Positions 1 through 8,749 of a stretch of 64,000 nt of DNA are shown here, one piece after another. The stretch lies in the sequence record PQ301181; one strand, given 5' to 3'. The position numbers and the translations under genes were made by a program. Numbering within the stretch: the first letter of the stretch is position 1; each line of letters begins with the position of its first letter. The notes beneath the pieces are model-generated. The model did not search any database and was not told the DNA's origin. It saw only the letters and a program-made list of their open reading frames with translations. Source of the DNA: Escherichia phage EP02SG.

Positions 1-327
1 ATACGTTGCCAAATAGATTTTTGTGCTTGTTTATTAACACCAATTGAACGAATAACCGGTTGTGACTGCTGATATTCTTTATAATCTTCTTTATAGATTT
101 CGTAAGCTGCATCAACAAATGAACTGATCGCTGCCATAAAGTTTTTACGTATACCACCAGGAGCTACTCCATTAGGGAATTCGGAATTTTCTCGAATAAT
201 TAAATATAACCCAGCTCTAACTTTAACGATAGTTCCAAGATAAGCCCCGTGGTACCAAATATCCCATCCTTCCTGAGTAGGTTCTGCGCATTTACGAAGT
301 TCGTTAATAATATTCAGCTTATTCATT
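1..327 (-). CDS. hypothetical protein, partial (3' end beyond window start)
   Basis: ATG at 325-327 (rc) with GAGGAA SD; minus frame open to position 1; N-term MNKLNIINELRKCAEPTQEGWDIWYHGAYLGT; absent from ORF track because no in-window stop. Confidence 0.4.
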
Positions 328-336
328 ATGTATTCC

Positions 337-969
337 TCACAGTACGTTAGTTACAAGGGTAATGATTTCTTTGGACACATTAGGGAAGTCAATGTAAGTA
401 TATTTACCACCGATCTTAATCTTAACATCATTTTCAAGAGAAGTAAACAGCTTTGATTCAGTTTCTGACATGTTGTATGCAAATATTCTAAGACAACCAT
501 CTCGACGAATTTCGATCTGACGAATACCTAGAACTCGTTTTGCAAATCGAACTTCCAAGTTACTACGGTTTTCACCGATTTCTTTAACTTCAACTTTATC
601 TTTAATATTTTCAAAAACAAAGTTTGCTAATTCATGCATTTCAGGAGTAACTCCACGTGCTTTTCTAGTGTTACGTTTCTGAAGAAGTTCTGGAGCATTT
701 TCTTGGGCAAAGAGGTCTGCAGCTTTTTGGATAATATCCATTGCTTCGCCTGTTGCTATAAGTCCATCACCAGATTTTTCGACTAAACCTTTCTTAATCA
801 ATACACCAATGTTAGAGTTAACAACCGATGCATTGTATTCCGCTTCCAGAGCTTCACGGACATTGGCAGCAGTGGTGAAGTTGTTCTTAATGATGTAAAC
901 CATTATTGCAGCAGTTTTTTCATTAAGAGCGTTTTCGGAAGCTTTGATGATGTAAGCAATTTTAGACAT
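337..969 (-). CDS. motA: MotA middle-transcription activator
   Basis: Track ORF 337..1029 trimmed to internal MSKIAYIIKAS (ATG 967-969) with GGAG SD; ~211 aa; matches remembered T4 MotA (NVVNSNIGVLIKKGLVEKSGDGL); sits next to gene 52 as in T4. Confidence 0.85.
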   Translation of the reverse strand: MSKIAYIIKASENALNEKTAAIMVYIIKNNFTTAANVREALEAEYNASVVNSNIGVLIKKGLVEKSGDGLIATGEAMDIIQKAADLFAQENAPELLQKRNTRKARGVTPEMHELANFVFENIKDKVEVKEIGENRSNLEVRFAKRVLGIRQIEIRRDGCLRIFAYNMSETESKLFTSLENDVKIKIGGKYTYIDFPNVSKEIITLVTNVL

Positions 970-1008
970 TTTATTTCTCCAATTTGGTTGTTTTGTTTTG
1001 ATAGGTCT

Positions 1009-1037
1009 ATAATAACATGTTTGAAGCAAAAGTAAAC
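1009..1037 (-). promoter_or_regulatory. T4-type early promoter (GTTTAC -35, about 17 nt, TATTAT -10) upstream of motA; overlaps a MotA-box-like TTTGCTTCA
   Basis: rc of 1009-1037 reads GTTTAC-TTTTGCTTCAAACATGT-TATTAT. Confidence 0.5.
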
Positions 1038-1074
1038 TTTATTTTGGGCTCTTTTTCAAAAGCCCTGGTAAAAT

Positions 1075-1290
1075 TTACAAACTCATTTCTTTAATAAGGC
1101 TAATAAGTTTTGCCTTTTTAGAACGAAGCTTTTCTAAATGATGTCCATTTGAACCGCGAACCACTAAAGAATTGATTTCAACTTCTAAGAAATTTAATTC
1201 TTCAACAAGTGCTTTACGTGGAGCATTCATACCAGGTTTAACTTTACCGAAACGAGTAGTTGTGTTTTGGGTTAATTTCATTTTAGACAT
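1075..1290 (-). CDS. hypothetical small basic protein (71 aa)
   Basis: Track ORF; starts MSK with a 5' leader and promoter copy identical to motA (block 961-1030 repeated at 1290-1350). Confidence 0.5.
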   Translation of the reverse strand: MSKMKLTQNTTTRFGKVKPGMNAPRKALVEELNFLEVEINSLVVRGSNGHHLEKLRSKKAKLISLIKEMSL

Positions 1291-1329
1291 TTTATTTCTC
1301 CAATTTGGTTGTTTTGTTTTGATAGGTCT

Positions 1330-1358
1330 ATAATATCATGTTTGAAGCATATGTAAAC
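1330..1358 (-). promoter_or_regulatory. T4-type early promoter, duplicate of the motA module
   Basis: Same GTTTAC...TATTAT arrangement; part of the 961-1030 / 1290-1350 direct repeat. Confidence 0.5.
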
Positions 1359-1382
1359 TGTTTTGTGAGAAAAATGCACAAA

Positions 1383-1398
1383 AGGGAGCCGAAGCTCC
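1383..1398 (-). terminator. C(UUCG)G tetraloop hairpin downstream of gene 52
   Basis: plus GGGAGCCGAAGCTCCC; rc GGGAGCUUCGGCUCCC followed by UUUUGUG. Confidence 0.45.
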
Positions 1399-1475
1399 CT
1401 AATCATGTTTGTCCAACCAATACAGCCAAATCACTAGTGCAGCTATTGCACCGAGAAATCCTAAGGCTAGGGCAC

Positions 1476-2801
1476 TCAAAGTGCCTCCAAGTCTTTAGTG
1501 TACTCTGTCACAACATCAGTAGACTTCCAATACTCATTTTCTTCTTTCTTAGCTTTAGCTTCTTCTGCCAGTTTACGCGCTTCGTCGGAAGTGATATGGA
1601 AGATGTTAAGACCTACAAGTTTATCGACATGTTCTTTATACATTTCGATTTGTGCCAGCTCTTCAGTCAAAGCTTTACGAGTCTTGCCCTGAATCACAAT
1701 TTCACCTGTAATAACTTTTTTGATGAAGTGTGCCTTAGCAAAAGCCAGTTTAAATGCTTTTTCAGATTCAAGGATTTTGTTGTCAATACGTTTCTGAACG
1801 TAAGTCTTACGGACTTCAACAAAATCTTTGATTAAGTCCACTACGTTATCGTAGACAGCTAATTTACCCTTTTCATTAATCACTGTGATGTTTTGTGAAC
1901 GACGTTCGATGAGACTAAAATCTTTCATGATTTTTTCATGACGTAGCTCTTCATCATCAGGAAGCGAGTACTCTTTACGGAACTTCACCTTAAACCCAAA
2001 GCCGTGTTCACCGCAATCATCTTCCCATGAGATTAGACCTTTGTCTTCCAACGGGTCAAGAACCTTACTCACATACGTTTCACGGTCGAATTTATATGGG
2101 ATTTCAGTTATCTGCATTTGAGTGCGAGATGTGAACTTATATGTTCCGTGAATCTCATAACGCCCATCAACTTCATGTACTTCACCACGGAATTCCGGGA
2201 ATTCAACTTTTGGCTTAGTGACATTTTTACCTTGAAGAGCTTGTAATACAGCTTTTTTGACTGATTTAAAACTATGAGGCAGAATATTTGTTGCGTAACC
2301 GGTTGCAATACCAGAGACGCCATTCAAAAGAACTGTCGGAATAATAGGAAGATAGAATTTTGGCGGAATGTGTTCTTTATCTTCATGAGCTGGAGCATAT
2401 TCAGTATCTTTATATACGTTATAGAAATTTTTACTTACACGAGCAAAAATATAACGAGATGCTGCAGCTTTTTGGACTGTTCGAGAACCAAAGTTGCCTT
2501 GGCCATCTAACAGTGGATAGTTGTTGTTCCATGTGTTAGCCATCAATGCACCTGCATCTTGTGCAGAAGATTCACCATGGTGATAACCTAAATCTGCAAC
2601 ACCACCTGCAATTGACGCAAGTTTATGAAATTTTTCTTTATTGCCACGAGCCAAATCTAACGCACGATGAACCACAAAACGTTGAACCGGCTTAAATCCA
2701 TCAATCATGTTTGGGATTGCACGGTTTTCAACGGTGTACATCGCGTATGCTAAGGCTTCGTTATCAATAATACTTTTTAGATTACGAGAATTCAATTGCA
2801 T
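1476..2801 (-). CDS. 52: DNA topoisomerase II medium subunit gp52 (GyrA-like)
   Basis: 441-aa track ORF; N-term ...RAIPNMIDGFKPVQRFVVHRALDLARG typical of type II topo A subunit; length and position match T4 gp52. Confidence 0.9.
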   Translation of the reverse strand: MQLNSRNLKSIIDNEALAYAMYTVENRAIPNMIDGFKPVQRFVVHRALDLARGNKEKFHKLASIAGGVADLGYHHGESSAQDAGALMANTWNNNYPLLDGQGNFGSRTVQKAAASRYIFARVSKNFYNVYKDTEYAPAHEDKEHIPPKFYLPIIPTVLLNGVSGIATGYATNILPHSFKSVKKAVLQALQGKNVTKPKVEFPEFRGEVHEVDGRYEIHGTYKFTSRTQMQITEIPYKFDRETYVSKVLDPLEDKGLISWEDDCGEHGFGFKVKFRKEYSLPDDEELRHEKIMKDFSLIERRSQNITVINEKGKLAVYDNVVDLIKDFVEVRKTYVQKRIDNKILESEKAFKLAFAKAHFIKKVITGEIVIQGKTRKALTEELAQIEMYKEHVDKLVGLNIFHITSDEARKLAEEAKAKKEENEYWKSTDVVTEYTKDLEAL

Positions 2802-2805
2802 ATTT

Positions 2806-2946
2806 TCACCATATTAATGAACAAATAGCCATTATAACATCTGAAATGAAAAGCACTACTTGGATTAGCCCAAACATCACACCATAGTACAGAACCGTAA
2901 GCAACAACAAGAGCCCGAAGGCTCCTGCTAAGATTTTCTTAATCAT
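2806..2946 (-). CDS. small membrane protein (46 aa), Ac-like position
   Basis: Hand-translated MIKKILAGAFGLLLLLTVLYYGVMFGLIQVVLFISDVIMAICSLIW; start overlaps stop of upstream small ORF (TAATG); lies at the T4 ac/stp locus between 52 and ndd; below track size cutoff. Confidence 0.35.
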   Translation of the reverse strand: MIKKILAGAFGLLLLLTVLYYGVMFGLIQVVLFISDVIMAICSLIW

Positions 2947-3092
2947 TACTCGCCTTTTAATACGTTAAAAAGAGCTAAGACCGCTAAGGTACCTTGTGAC
3001 ACCGCCTGTTGAAATACTGATGTTTCGCCTGTAACTAAAGTGTTAATGAATAAAAACGACCAACACAACAATGCAATAATCCATGTTACCAT
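2946..3092 (-). CDS. small membrane protein (48 aa)
   Basis: Hand-translated MVTWIIALLCWSFLFINTLVTGETSVFQQAVSQGTLAVLALFNVLKGE; GAGGTAATTAAA-ATG SD; coupled to next small ORF. Confidence 0.35.
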   Translation of the reverse strand: MVTWIIALLCWSFLFINTLVTGETSVFQQAVSQGTLAVLALFNVLKGE

Positions 3093-3144
3093 TTTAATTA
3101 CCTCAAAAATAAATTAAAGGCTTATTAAGCTAGGCCTGTATAAA

Positions 3145-3591
3145 TTAGTAACTCTGCAGAATGAATTTGAAATTATCAGCCAGAAGACGGTTCATTTCAG
3201 TGAGTGTTTGATATTCTGATGTATGATTGCGAGTGAATGCCAGAGCCAATTGACCTTTACCATAACCAGTAGTCAGGGGTTTCATGTTCTTAGCTGCAAC
3301 AAAAATTACATCATATTCAATATTGTTAGTGCCCATAGTACGGGCTAGTTGCGAACGGCCTTGACGAATGTGAGAAAGAATTGCATCCAACCCTTGTTTA
3401 GAACGTTGACGTCCTACAAAGAATCGTGCTGCTACTTGTCGCCAATCAGATGAACCTTTAACAAAGAAGTAAAAACCTTCACGAGAACGAAACTCTTTAG
3501 AAACTTCAGAACCGTATTCGCCATTACGAACTACTGCAACAACTTCACCACCAACTGCCAGAAGGTCTTTACGAGTTAAATATTTGGACAT
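3145..3591 (-). CDS. ndd: Ndd-like nucleoid disruption protein
   Basis: 148-aa track ORF; motifs [48 protein letters not shown] resemble remembered T4 Ndd; position between 52 and rIIB. Confidence 0.55.
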   Translation of the reverse strand: MSKYLTRKDLLAVGGEVVAVVRNGEYGSEVSKEFRSREGFYFFVKGSSDWRQVAARFFVGRQRSKQGLDAILSHIRQGRSQLARTMGTNNIEYDVIFVAAKNMKPLTTGYGKGQLALAFTRNHTSEYQTLTEMNRLLADNFKFILQSY

Positions 3592-3634
3592 GCTAATTTC
3601 CTCAATTGATTAATGTTTTGTAATCCATGAGAGC

Positions 3635-3663
3635 ATTATACTCTGCTCTCAAGAGTTTGTACA
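3635..3663 (-). promoter_or_regulatory. sigma70-like early promoter upstream of ndd
   Basis: rc reads TTGTAC-N18-TATAAT with palindromic CTCTTGAGAG in the spacer; module recurs at about 47508-47545. Confidence 0.4.
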
Positions 3664-3666
3664 ATT

Positions 3667-3867
3667 TTATTCGGCTATATCAGAACGTTCAAAAAGCTCT
3701 TCAACAGTTAAACATTCAGTGTCATCCTCAATAAAGAATCGGGTCCAATATGTTGGGGCGATGCAGTTATGAGTTTGTCCGGCTATAGAAGCTACACGAA
3801 TAAGCTGCTGACCATTATTCAGAACAAATTTTTCACCAATTTCAACATCTTTAAAAAGCTTAGCCAT
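3667..3867 (-). CDS. hypothetical protein (66 aa)
   Basis: Track ORF preceded by GTTTAC-N18-TATAGT early promoter and GAGGAA SD. Confidence 0.4.
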   Translation of the reverse strand: MAKLFKDVEIGEKFVLNNGQQLIRVASIAGQTHNCIAPTYWTRFFIEDDTECLTVEELFERSDIAE

Positions 3868-3895
3868 TTTGTATTCCTCATGTTTTGATAGGACT

Positions 3896-3925
3896 ACTAT
3901 ACCATAATCCTACCTTGATGTAAAC
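3896..3925 (-). promoter_or_regulatory. T4-type early promoter
   Basis: rc: GTTTAC-N18-TATAGT followed by AGTCCTATCAAAACA leader. Confidence 0.5.
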
Positions 3926-4117
3926 AATTAAATTACATTAAAATATGTTAAAGCCAACCATGTTCCGGTGAACGAACATGCGATGTAAAAACCTGTATCG
4001 CAAATTGTTCTTAGTACAATAATAAGTGCATTTTTCATAAGTACCTCAATGCAATTGAAAATATTATACAAATCATAGGGATACTAAGCAACCATATTCC
4101 GATCCACGTTTTAGAGC

Positions 4118-4381
4118 TCATATCTCAACTTCCGCGAGTTCCATATATCCTTTGTTGATAACCTCTTTAAGGTCTTTAGAAAGAATAACACTAAAATGGT
4201 CGTTCATGTGTCCATTAACCAGACGAGTTATTTCGGCTTCAGATGACATATAAGGCACGTCTGAGTCCCAATGAGATAGACCCAAATGGGTATAAATCAT
4301 CCCTTCGTCATCTGCAGTGTTGTACATTGAAACAAATTCGCCTGTTACTTTATGTTTTGCGTAGAAAAATTTAAATTTCAT
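4118..4381 (-). CDS. hypothetical protein (87 aa)
   Basis: Track ORF with its own early promoter (4408-4437) and SD. Confidence 0.45.
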   Translation of the reverse strand: MKFKFFYAKHKVTGEFVSMYNTADDEGMIYTHLGLSHWDSDVPYMSSEAEITRLVNGHMNDHFSVILSKDLKEVINKGYMELAEVEI

Positions 4382-4407
4382 GATGTTATCCTCTTTTAGA
4401 TAGGACT

Positions 4408-4437
4408 ACTATATCATAGTCCTACTTAGTTGTAAAC
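4408..4437 (-). promoter_or_regulatory. T4-type early promoter with TAGGACTA/TAGTCCTA inverted repeat around -10
   Basis: rc: GTTTAC-N18-TATAGT; palindrome TAGGACTACTATATCATAGTCCTA at 4401-4424. Confidence 0.5.
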
Positions 4438-4449
4438 ACTTTTATGAAA

Positions 4450-5007
4450 TTAAAGTTGAAGATACCACCCGTTGTAGTTGCTCTTGCGGACGATTTTCTT
4501 TAGGTCTTCATGGTCTCCCACGAACTTTATAGAATAAGAGAAGACGTCAGGTGAGGTTTCTTTGACATCTAATATAATAATGCAATCTGCGACTCGATGG
4601 TTCAAGAAGGGCCCTATATTGATTCCATTACCACCCGGATAATCACCACTGTATCCTGTGGTAACAGAAATCCATTTAGAATCTATCTGGTGTGTCTTGA
4701 CTTCTACACGAATTCCACAATACTTGGGATGGGCTAACACGTCCCATGCATACGTGTACGGGTCTTCTACGTCTTCAATACCTTTATTAACATACCCGTC
4801 TAGCCAATTTGCTACTACATACTCTGCAAAGACCGCAACCTTACAACGTCGAACTACATCTTCTTTGTTTTGGCCAGGATTTTGGCTCAGGGAATACCGA
4901 GCAGTGTCAGCAATCTTCACCTTCATTTCACTAGTCAAAAACTCATTCGACAGGATAAATGTCGGAAGATTCTTCAGTCTCAACAGTCCCAAGTTCGTCT
5001 TTACCAT
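4450..5007 (-). CDS. hypothetical protein (about 185 aa) at the T4 denB position
   Basis: Track ORF 4450..5058 trimmed to MVKTNL (AGAGG SD); the 185-aa length and location just downstream of rIIB parallel T4 denB, but I cannot confirm similarity. Confidence 0.4.
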   Translation of the reverse strand: MVKTNLGLLRLKNLPTFILSNEFLTSEMKVKIADTARYSLSQNPGQNKEDVVRRCKVAVFAEYVVANWLDGYVNKGIEDVEDPYTYAWDVLAHPKYCGIRVEVKTHQIDSKWISVTTGYSGDYPGGNGINIGPFLNHRVADCIIILDVKETSPDVFSYSIKFVGDHEDLKKIVRKSNYNGWYLQL

Positions 5008-5230
5008 AGATACCTCTGATGTGTAGTTCGCCAAAATAAATGCGGTCACCTTCTTCAAGATATTCTGCGTCTACCGGTGGGATTTCAATAACAACTTCGT
5101 CGCATTCTAACCAGCCGTAGTGTGCATCACCAGGATGTTTTACCAATTTAGCGCAATAAACTGATTTACACTTATGATGACCACGAAGATTAGCAATTTT
5201 GGATTCTGATACGTCAAATGGATGAATCAT
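4943..5230 (-). CDS. hypothetical protein (95 aa)
   Basis: Track ORF 4943..5284 trimmed to MIHPFDV (AGGGG SD) just after the rIIB terminator. Confidence 0.4.
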   Translation of the reverse strand: MIHPFDVSESKIANLRGHHKCKSVYCAKLVKHPGDAHYGWLECDEVVIEIPPVDAEYLEEGDRIYFGELHIRGIYGKDELGTVETEESSDIYPVE

Positions 5231-5243
5231 AATTACCCCTAAA

Positions 5244-5268
5244 GAAAAAAAAGGGGACCAAAGTCCCC
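5244..5268 (-). terminator. rho-independent terminator after rIIB
   Basis: rc GGGGACUUUGGUCCCC followed by U9. Confidence 0.6.
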
Positions 5269-5273
5269 AATTA

Positions 5274-6221
5274 TTATTCTGCAAATAATTCAGTAACGTC
5301 TGAAATTACTTCATAACGACAAGTACGCATCTTAGCATCACCATAGTCAACTGGGATGGACACAACATCACGTGGATGAACTTTAACCTTAACAACTTTA
5401 TCTGAGCTAGAACCAAAGTAACGAATATATGATTTAGCACAAACATGTAGACCACGGGAACAAGTTTGAGTATCATCATCGTTAACACGAGTACGAGGCA
5501 TTGAAACAACTTTACCAGGCGAGTTATCAAATGTGCCGCTATAGCAATCTAAATAGTCCTTACGAACTACTTTCCATGCGTAGAAATGCCCATCTTCAGT
5601 GATTTCAATATCGTTTGCAACCAAGAAGTCGAATAAACGTTGTACAGCTTTTTCACTTGGGTTTTCTAACAGGTTTTCAAGGAATGGCAGATAGAATTTA
5701 AAGTCTTCGCCTTTTTCCATGGAATCAATAATACGATTAACCAGTCCTGAACGAATTTCTATACCTTGATAAAATAAACTACCACCTTCAATAGTAACAT
5801 TACCGTCAACAAACTTACTAATAGCTTTCTTGATGTTAATAAGTTCGACAGCTTTACTAAGGTTTCCTGCGACCAAATTAGCTTTAATTTCTTCAAAATT
5901 TGCATGACTTGATGGGGTCGCATTGTATGCTACGCGTCCTTCAATAATTGAAATAAATTTAGATGACGCGTTCCATACGATTTCTGGACGATGACCGCCG
6001 ATAATAGGTTCATCATTTTCTGGAACTTCTTCGATTACATAAGAGGCATCGTTTGCTTCAGGGACAACGCCTTCTGCTTTAAAATTCTTAACAATCTTAC
6101 GAAGAGTATCTGTTGAAATGTCGAAGTAATCGGCAATTTCTTTACGAGTCCATTTGCCTGATTCAACCAGGCCATAAGCTTCTAACTGTTCTTCTTGGGA
6201 CAAGCATTTAATATTGTACAT
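5274..6221 (-). CDS. rIIB: rIIB protein
   Basis: 315-aa track ORF; MYNIKCL... N-term and C-terminal block FYAWKVVR...DDDTQTCSRGLHVC...KVKVHPRDVVSIP match remembered T4 rIIB. Confidence 0.9.
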   Translation of the reverse strand: MYNIKCLSQEEQLEAYGLVESGKWTRKEIADYFDISTDTLRKIVKNFKAEGVVPEANDASYVIEEVPENDEPIIGGHRPEIVWNASSKFISIIEGRVAYNATPSSHANFEEIKANLVAGNLSKAVELINIKKAISKFVDGNVTIEGGSLFYQGIEIRSGLVNRIIDSMEKGEDFKFYLPFLENLLENPSEKAVQRLFDFLVANDIEITEDGHFYAWKVVRKDYLDCYSGTFDNSPGKVVSMPRTRVNDDDTQTCSRGLHVCAKSYIRYFGSSSDKVVKVKVHPRDVVSIPVDYGDAKMRTCRYEVISDVTELFAE

Positions 6222-6230
6222 AATGTTTCC

Positions 6231-8444
6231 TTATTTGGCCGCTTCCACGGCCTTCATGAATTTAACGATTTGAGCGACTTGTTCTTTAGAAAGAGTACCA
6301 CGTCGTCCCATGTAGTCTGACACAATATGATAATTGGTTTCGAATTCAATAACCATTTTATCATCATTATCGTAAGCATTATCTTTAAGCTTATCGAAAA
6401 TTTTAGCACACAATTCTAACTTCTTATTCAGTTCTGTATTAGTAGCACCTGCGAATCGATTCCATCCCCAACGATTATTTACTGTTGAGAGTTTTGCAAA
6501 ATCTTTACTGATTTCTTTGTTTTTAGAGCTAAAATACTTACTAAGGAAGTTAAGCTCTTCATTACGAGTAATATGATTCAAATAAGGCTGTGCTCTACGA
6601 CTTGGTGATACATACTCATCATAATCCACTTTATCGATTAGCGTAATATAGTCATTAATTGATTTTTCGAACAAGCATTCTACTTCACCAAGTTTACGAA
6701 CTTTCTTAGCAATCTGTGGACGAACTACAGTGAACTCTTTAATACCTGACAAATCAGCAATACGGGTCAAGAAATTGGAGTCATAGTTCAACCAACCTTT
6801 ATCTGCGTCAAGACATTCAGCATTAGAACGATTACGAATTACAACATAACCTTGAATCTCATCAGCTTTACCGGCCGGAATAAAGAGATCTTCTGATACC
6901 CAAACATCGTTTTCATTCTTAAAGAACCGATGAGCACTTGGGGATTTAGGACGAGGCTGTGATGAACGTTCTTTAACTTCAATCCACGGTTTAACTAATG
7001 CAAGAATTTCAGATGTCTTATAAAATTTAAGGCTATCACCAGCGAAAATAACCTTTAATCGTTCCAGAAGTTTCATTGCAACTTCATCTTCCGGGTTAAC
7101 GAATAATACGCTACTACCCCATCCGGAAGGAACCTTATCAACGAGTGTTGATGCATCGGTGGAAGTCAAAGCATCGTTCAGAGCACGCATCATTGGTACG
7201 CGGCCTTTCACATCGTCAATAACAATATCAATATGCTTACGACTAATACCTAACAGGCTATTAATTGAAATAGTTGAAGACGAGCTTCCGCTTTCACGAA
7301 TACGACGAAGTCGTGGGTCTGAAACTATATCGTATACGACGCCGAGATTACACCATTCAGGTCCCATTTTAAAACGTTTGTACAACTCAGAATAGGTTAG
7401 TTGTTCTTTAGAATATTTCAGTGATTCAATATTAGAACCGGCTTTTTCCATGTATTTACGAGCAGAGTAACCAAGAGAATCGATTTCACGGAATACATGA
7501 CGTGGATATTCACAATCAATCCATTTCTTAGAATCTTCAGCGAACAATTTAGCATCGATTTCTGCAACGCGTTTATGGATATTTGCTACAGTACGTTTAT
7601 CAAATGACAATGCTTCACGAGACGGGGCTACATCTAGTTCACCCATAGGGAATTTAATATAAGCTGTAGTGCATCGCGTCATCATCCATGTTTGTTCTTT
7701 AATAACACTTCCAATTGGATATACAATACCACCATAAACAGCCATGATATTACCACGTTCACCCCATGGAGCTTCCTTGGCTAAATAAACATCATCGAAT
7801 TCCGGGAAGTATTTGATATCTTTAACACCACGAACTTCTGCAATATCACCTAGAGGACGCATAACATATGCAATTTCGGATGCGAACTTTTCAAAATCTT
7901 CCGGGTTAACCGGTACAACTACTTCTACACCCGTACGGTCATCAGGACCCATCTTATCTACAAAGGTCGGCTTAATTTGTGGACCTGTGTCATCTTGGTA
8001 GATTACGTAACCACGAACTTCACCGTTGTGATAAGACGTAAGGTTAAATGTATCGGTATATGCTAGCGGAGCTTTAGAGCCGAGTCCGAATCCACCAATG
8101 AAATCGTTACTCGATGTTTTAGTTGAAGCAAAATATGAGTTATAGATTCCTGGCTCTTCGTCATTACCTCTAATGGTGAAATCACTCATACCAGGACCAA
8201 AGTCTCGAACTACAAAACGTGGGTCTAAACGACCTGGAGCCTGAACAATAAACTTATCAGTGCAACCATTAAGAATTTGTCCATCAATACAGTTTGTGAT
8301 TAATTCACGTACACAAGCCAATTCTTTGTTTGTATAAAGGTCATTAGACAAAATCTTATAAACTTTGCTATTGCCTTGAATAGTGAATGCTGTGCTCTTA
8401 CCGCCTGAACCAATAATCGTTTCTTTAGCCGTTTCAATAATCAT
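6231..8444 (-). CDS. rIIA: rIIA protein (GHKL-type ATPase fold)
   Basis: 737-aa track ORF; N-term MIIETAKETIIGSGGKS...VRELITNCIDG...GRLDPRFVVRDFGPGMS matches remembered T4 rIIA; adjacent to rIIB. Confidence 0.9.
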   Translation of the reverse strand: MIIETAKETIIGSGGKSTAFTIQGNSKVYKILSNDLYTNKELACVRELITNCIDGQILNGCTDKFIVQAPGRLDPRFVVRDFGPGMSDFTIRGNDEEPGIYNSYFASTKTSSNDFIGGFGLGSKAPLAYTDTFNLTSYHNGEVRGYVIYQDDTGPQIKPTFVDKMGPDDRTGVEVVVPVNPEDFEKFASEIAYVMRPLGDIAEVRGVKDIKYFPEFDDVYLAKEAPWGERGNIMAVYGGIVYPIGSVIKEQTWMMTRCTTAYIKFPMGELDVAPSREALSFDKRTVANIHKRVAEIDAKLFAEDSKKWIDCEYPRHVFREIDSLGYSARKYMEKAGSNIESLKYSKEQLTYSELYKRFKMGPEWCNLGVVYDIVSDPRLRRIRESGSSSSTISINSLLGISRKHIDIVIDDVKGRVPMMRALNDALTSTDASTLVDKVPSGWGSSVLFVNPEDEVAMKLLERLKVIFAGDSLKFYKTSEILALVKPWIEVKERSSQPRPKSPSAHRFFKNENDVWVSEDLFIPAGKADEIQGYVVIRNRSNAECLDADKGWLNYDSNFLTRIADLSGIKEFTVVRPQIAKKVRKLGEVECLFEKSINDYITLIDKVDYDEYVSPSRRAQPYLNHITRNEELNFLSKYFSSKNKEISKDFAKLSTVNNRWGWNRFAGATNTELNKKLELCAKIFDKLKDNAYDNDDKMVIEFETNYHIVSDYMGRRGTLSKEQVAQIVKFMKAVEAAK

Positions 8445-8456
8445 ATTTTTCTCTCA

Positions 8457-8657
8457 TCACAAGTTACGTTTAAAAATTTCTGCTACTTCAAGAAGTTCTT
8501 CTTTAGTAGCTGTATCGGTTTGTATTTTATATCGAATTTCTTTAAAGCGTTCTTTAAAGGACTCTGCTGACTCGATATCAAAAAATCTTTGGATAAGCCG
8601 GAATTCCCGGAGCACTGCTTTATCAAAAAGTTCCAAGTCCACGTTATATGTTCTCAT
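8457..8657 (-). CDS. hypothetical protein (rIIA.1 position)
   Basis: 66-aa track ORF immediately upstream of rIIA. Confidence 0.5.
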   Translation of the reverse strand: MRTYNVDLELFDKAVLREFRLIQRFFDIESAESFKERFKEIRYKIQTDTATKEELLEVAEIFKRNL

Positions 8658-8682
8658 AATATTCTCTTCAGTAGATTCCTAG

Positions 8683-8733
8683 GGCACTATTACTAAAGAC
8701 CATATAATCTATCATCTTATGTGTAATAGTGCC
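8683..8733. repeat. 11-bp perfect inverted repeat with 29-bp spacer upstream of rIIA.1
   Basis: GGCACTATTAC (8683-8693) and GTAATAGTGCC (8723-8733). Confidence 0.5.
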
Positions 8734-8749
8734 TCAGGCGATTCAGGAT

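Larger units (their letters stand above)
961..1350. repeat. direct repeat of promoter/leader/start module (about 60-70 bp, copies at 961-1030 and 1290-1350)
   Basis: tttagacattttatttctccaatttggttgttttgttttgataggtctataata[a/t]catgtttgaagca occurs twice with 1-2 mismatches; each copy includes the ATG-TCT-AAA start of a gene. Confidence 0.7.

Noticed and set aside
1338-1835. Plus-strand track ORFs lying inside minus-strand genes (e.g. 1338..1835, 7159..7395, 10058..10366, 36886..37518, 43020..43508, 59709..60065)
   Set aside because: They are antisense to well-supported conserved genes, have no SD or promoter and have low-complexity or stop-poor AT-rich composition; treated as shadow ORFs.
2911-2924. 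C(UUCG)G hairpin GAGCCCGAAGGCTC
   Set aside because: Lies inside the small membrane ORF 2806-2946 (encodes AGAFGLL), so not called as a terminator.
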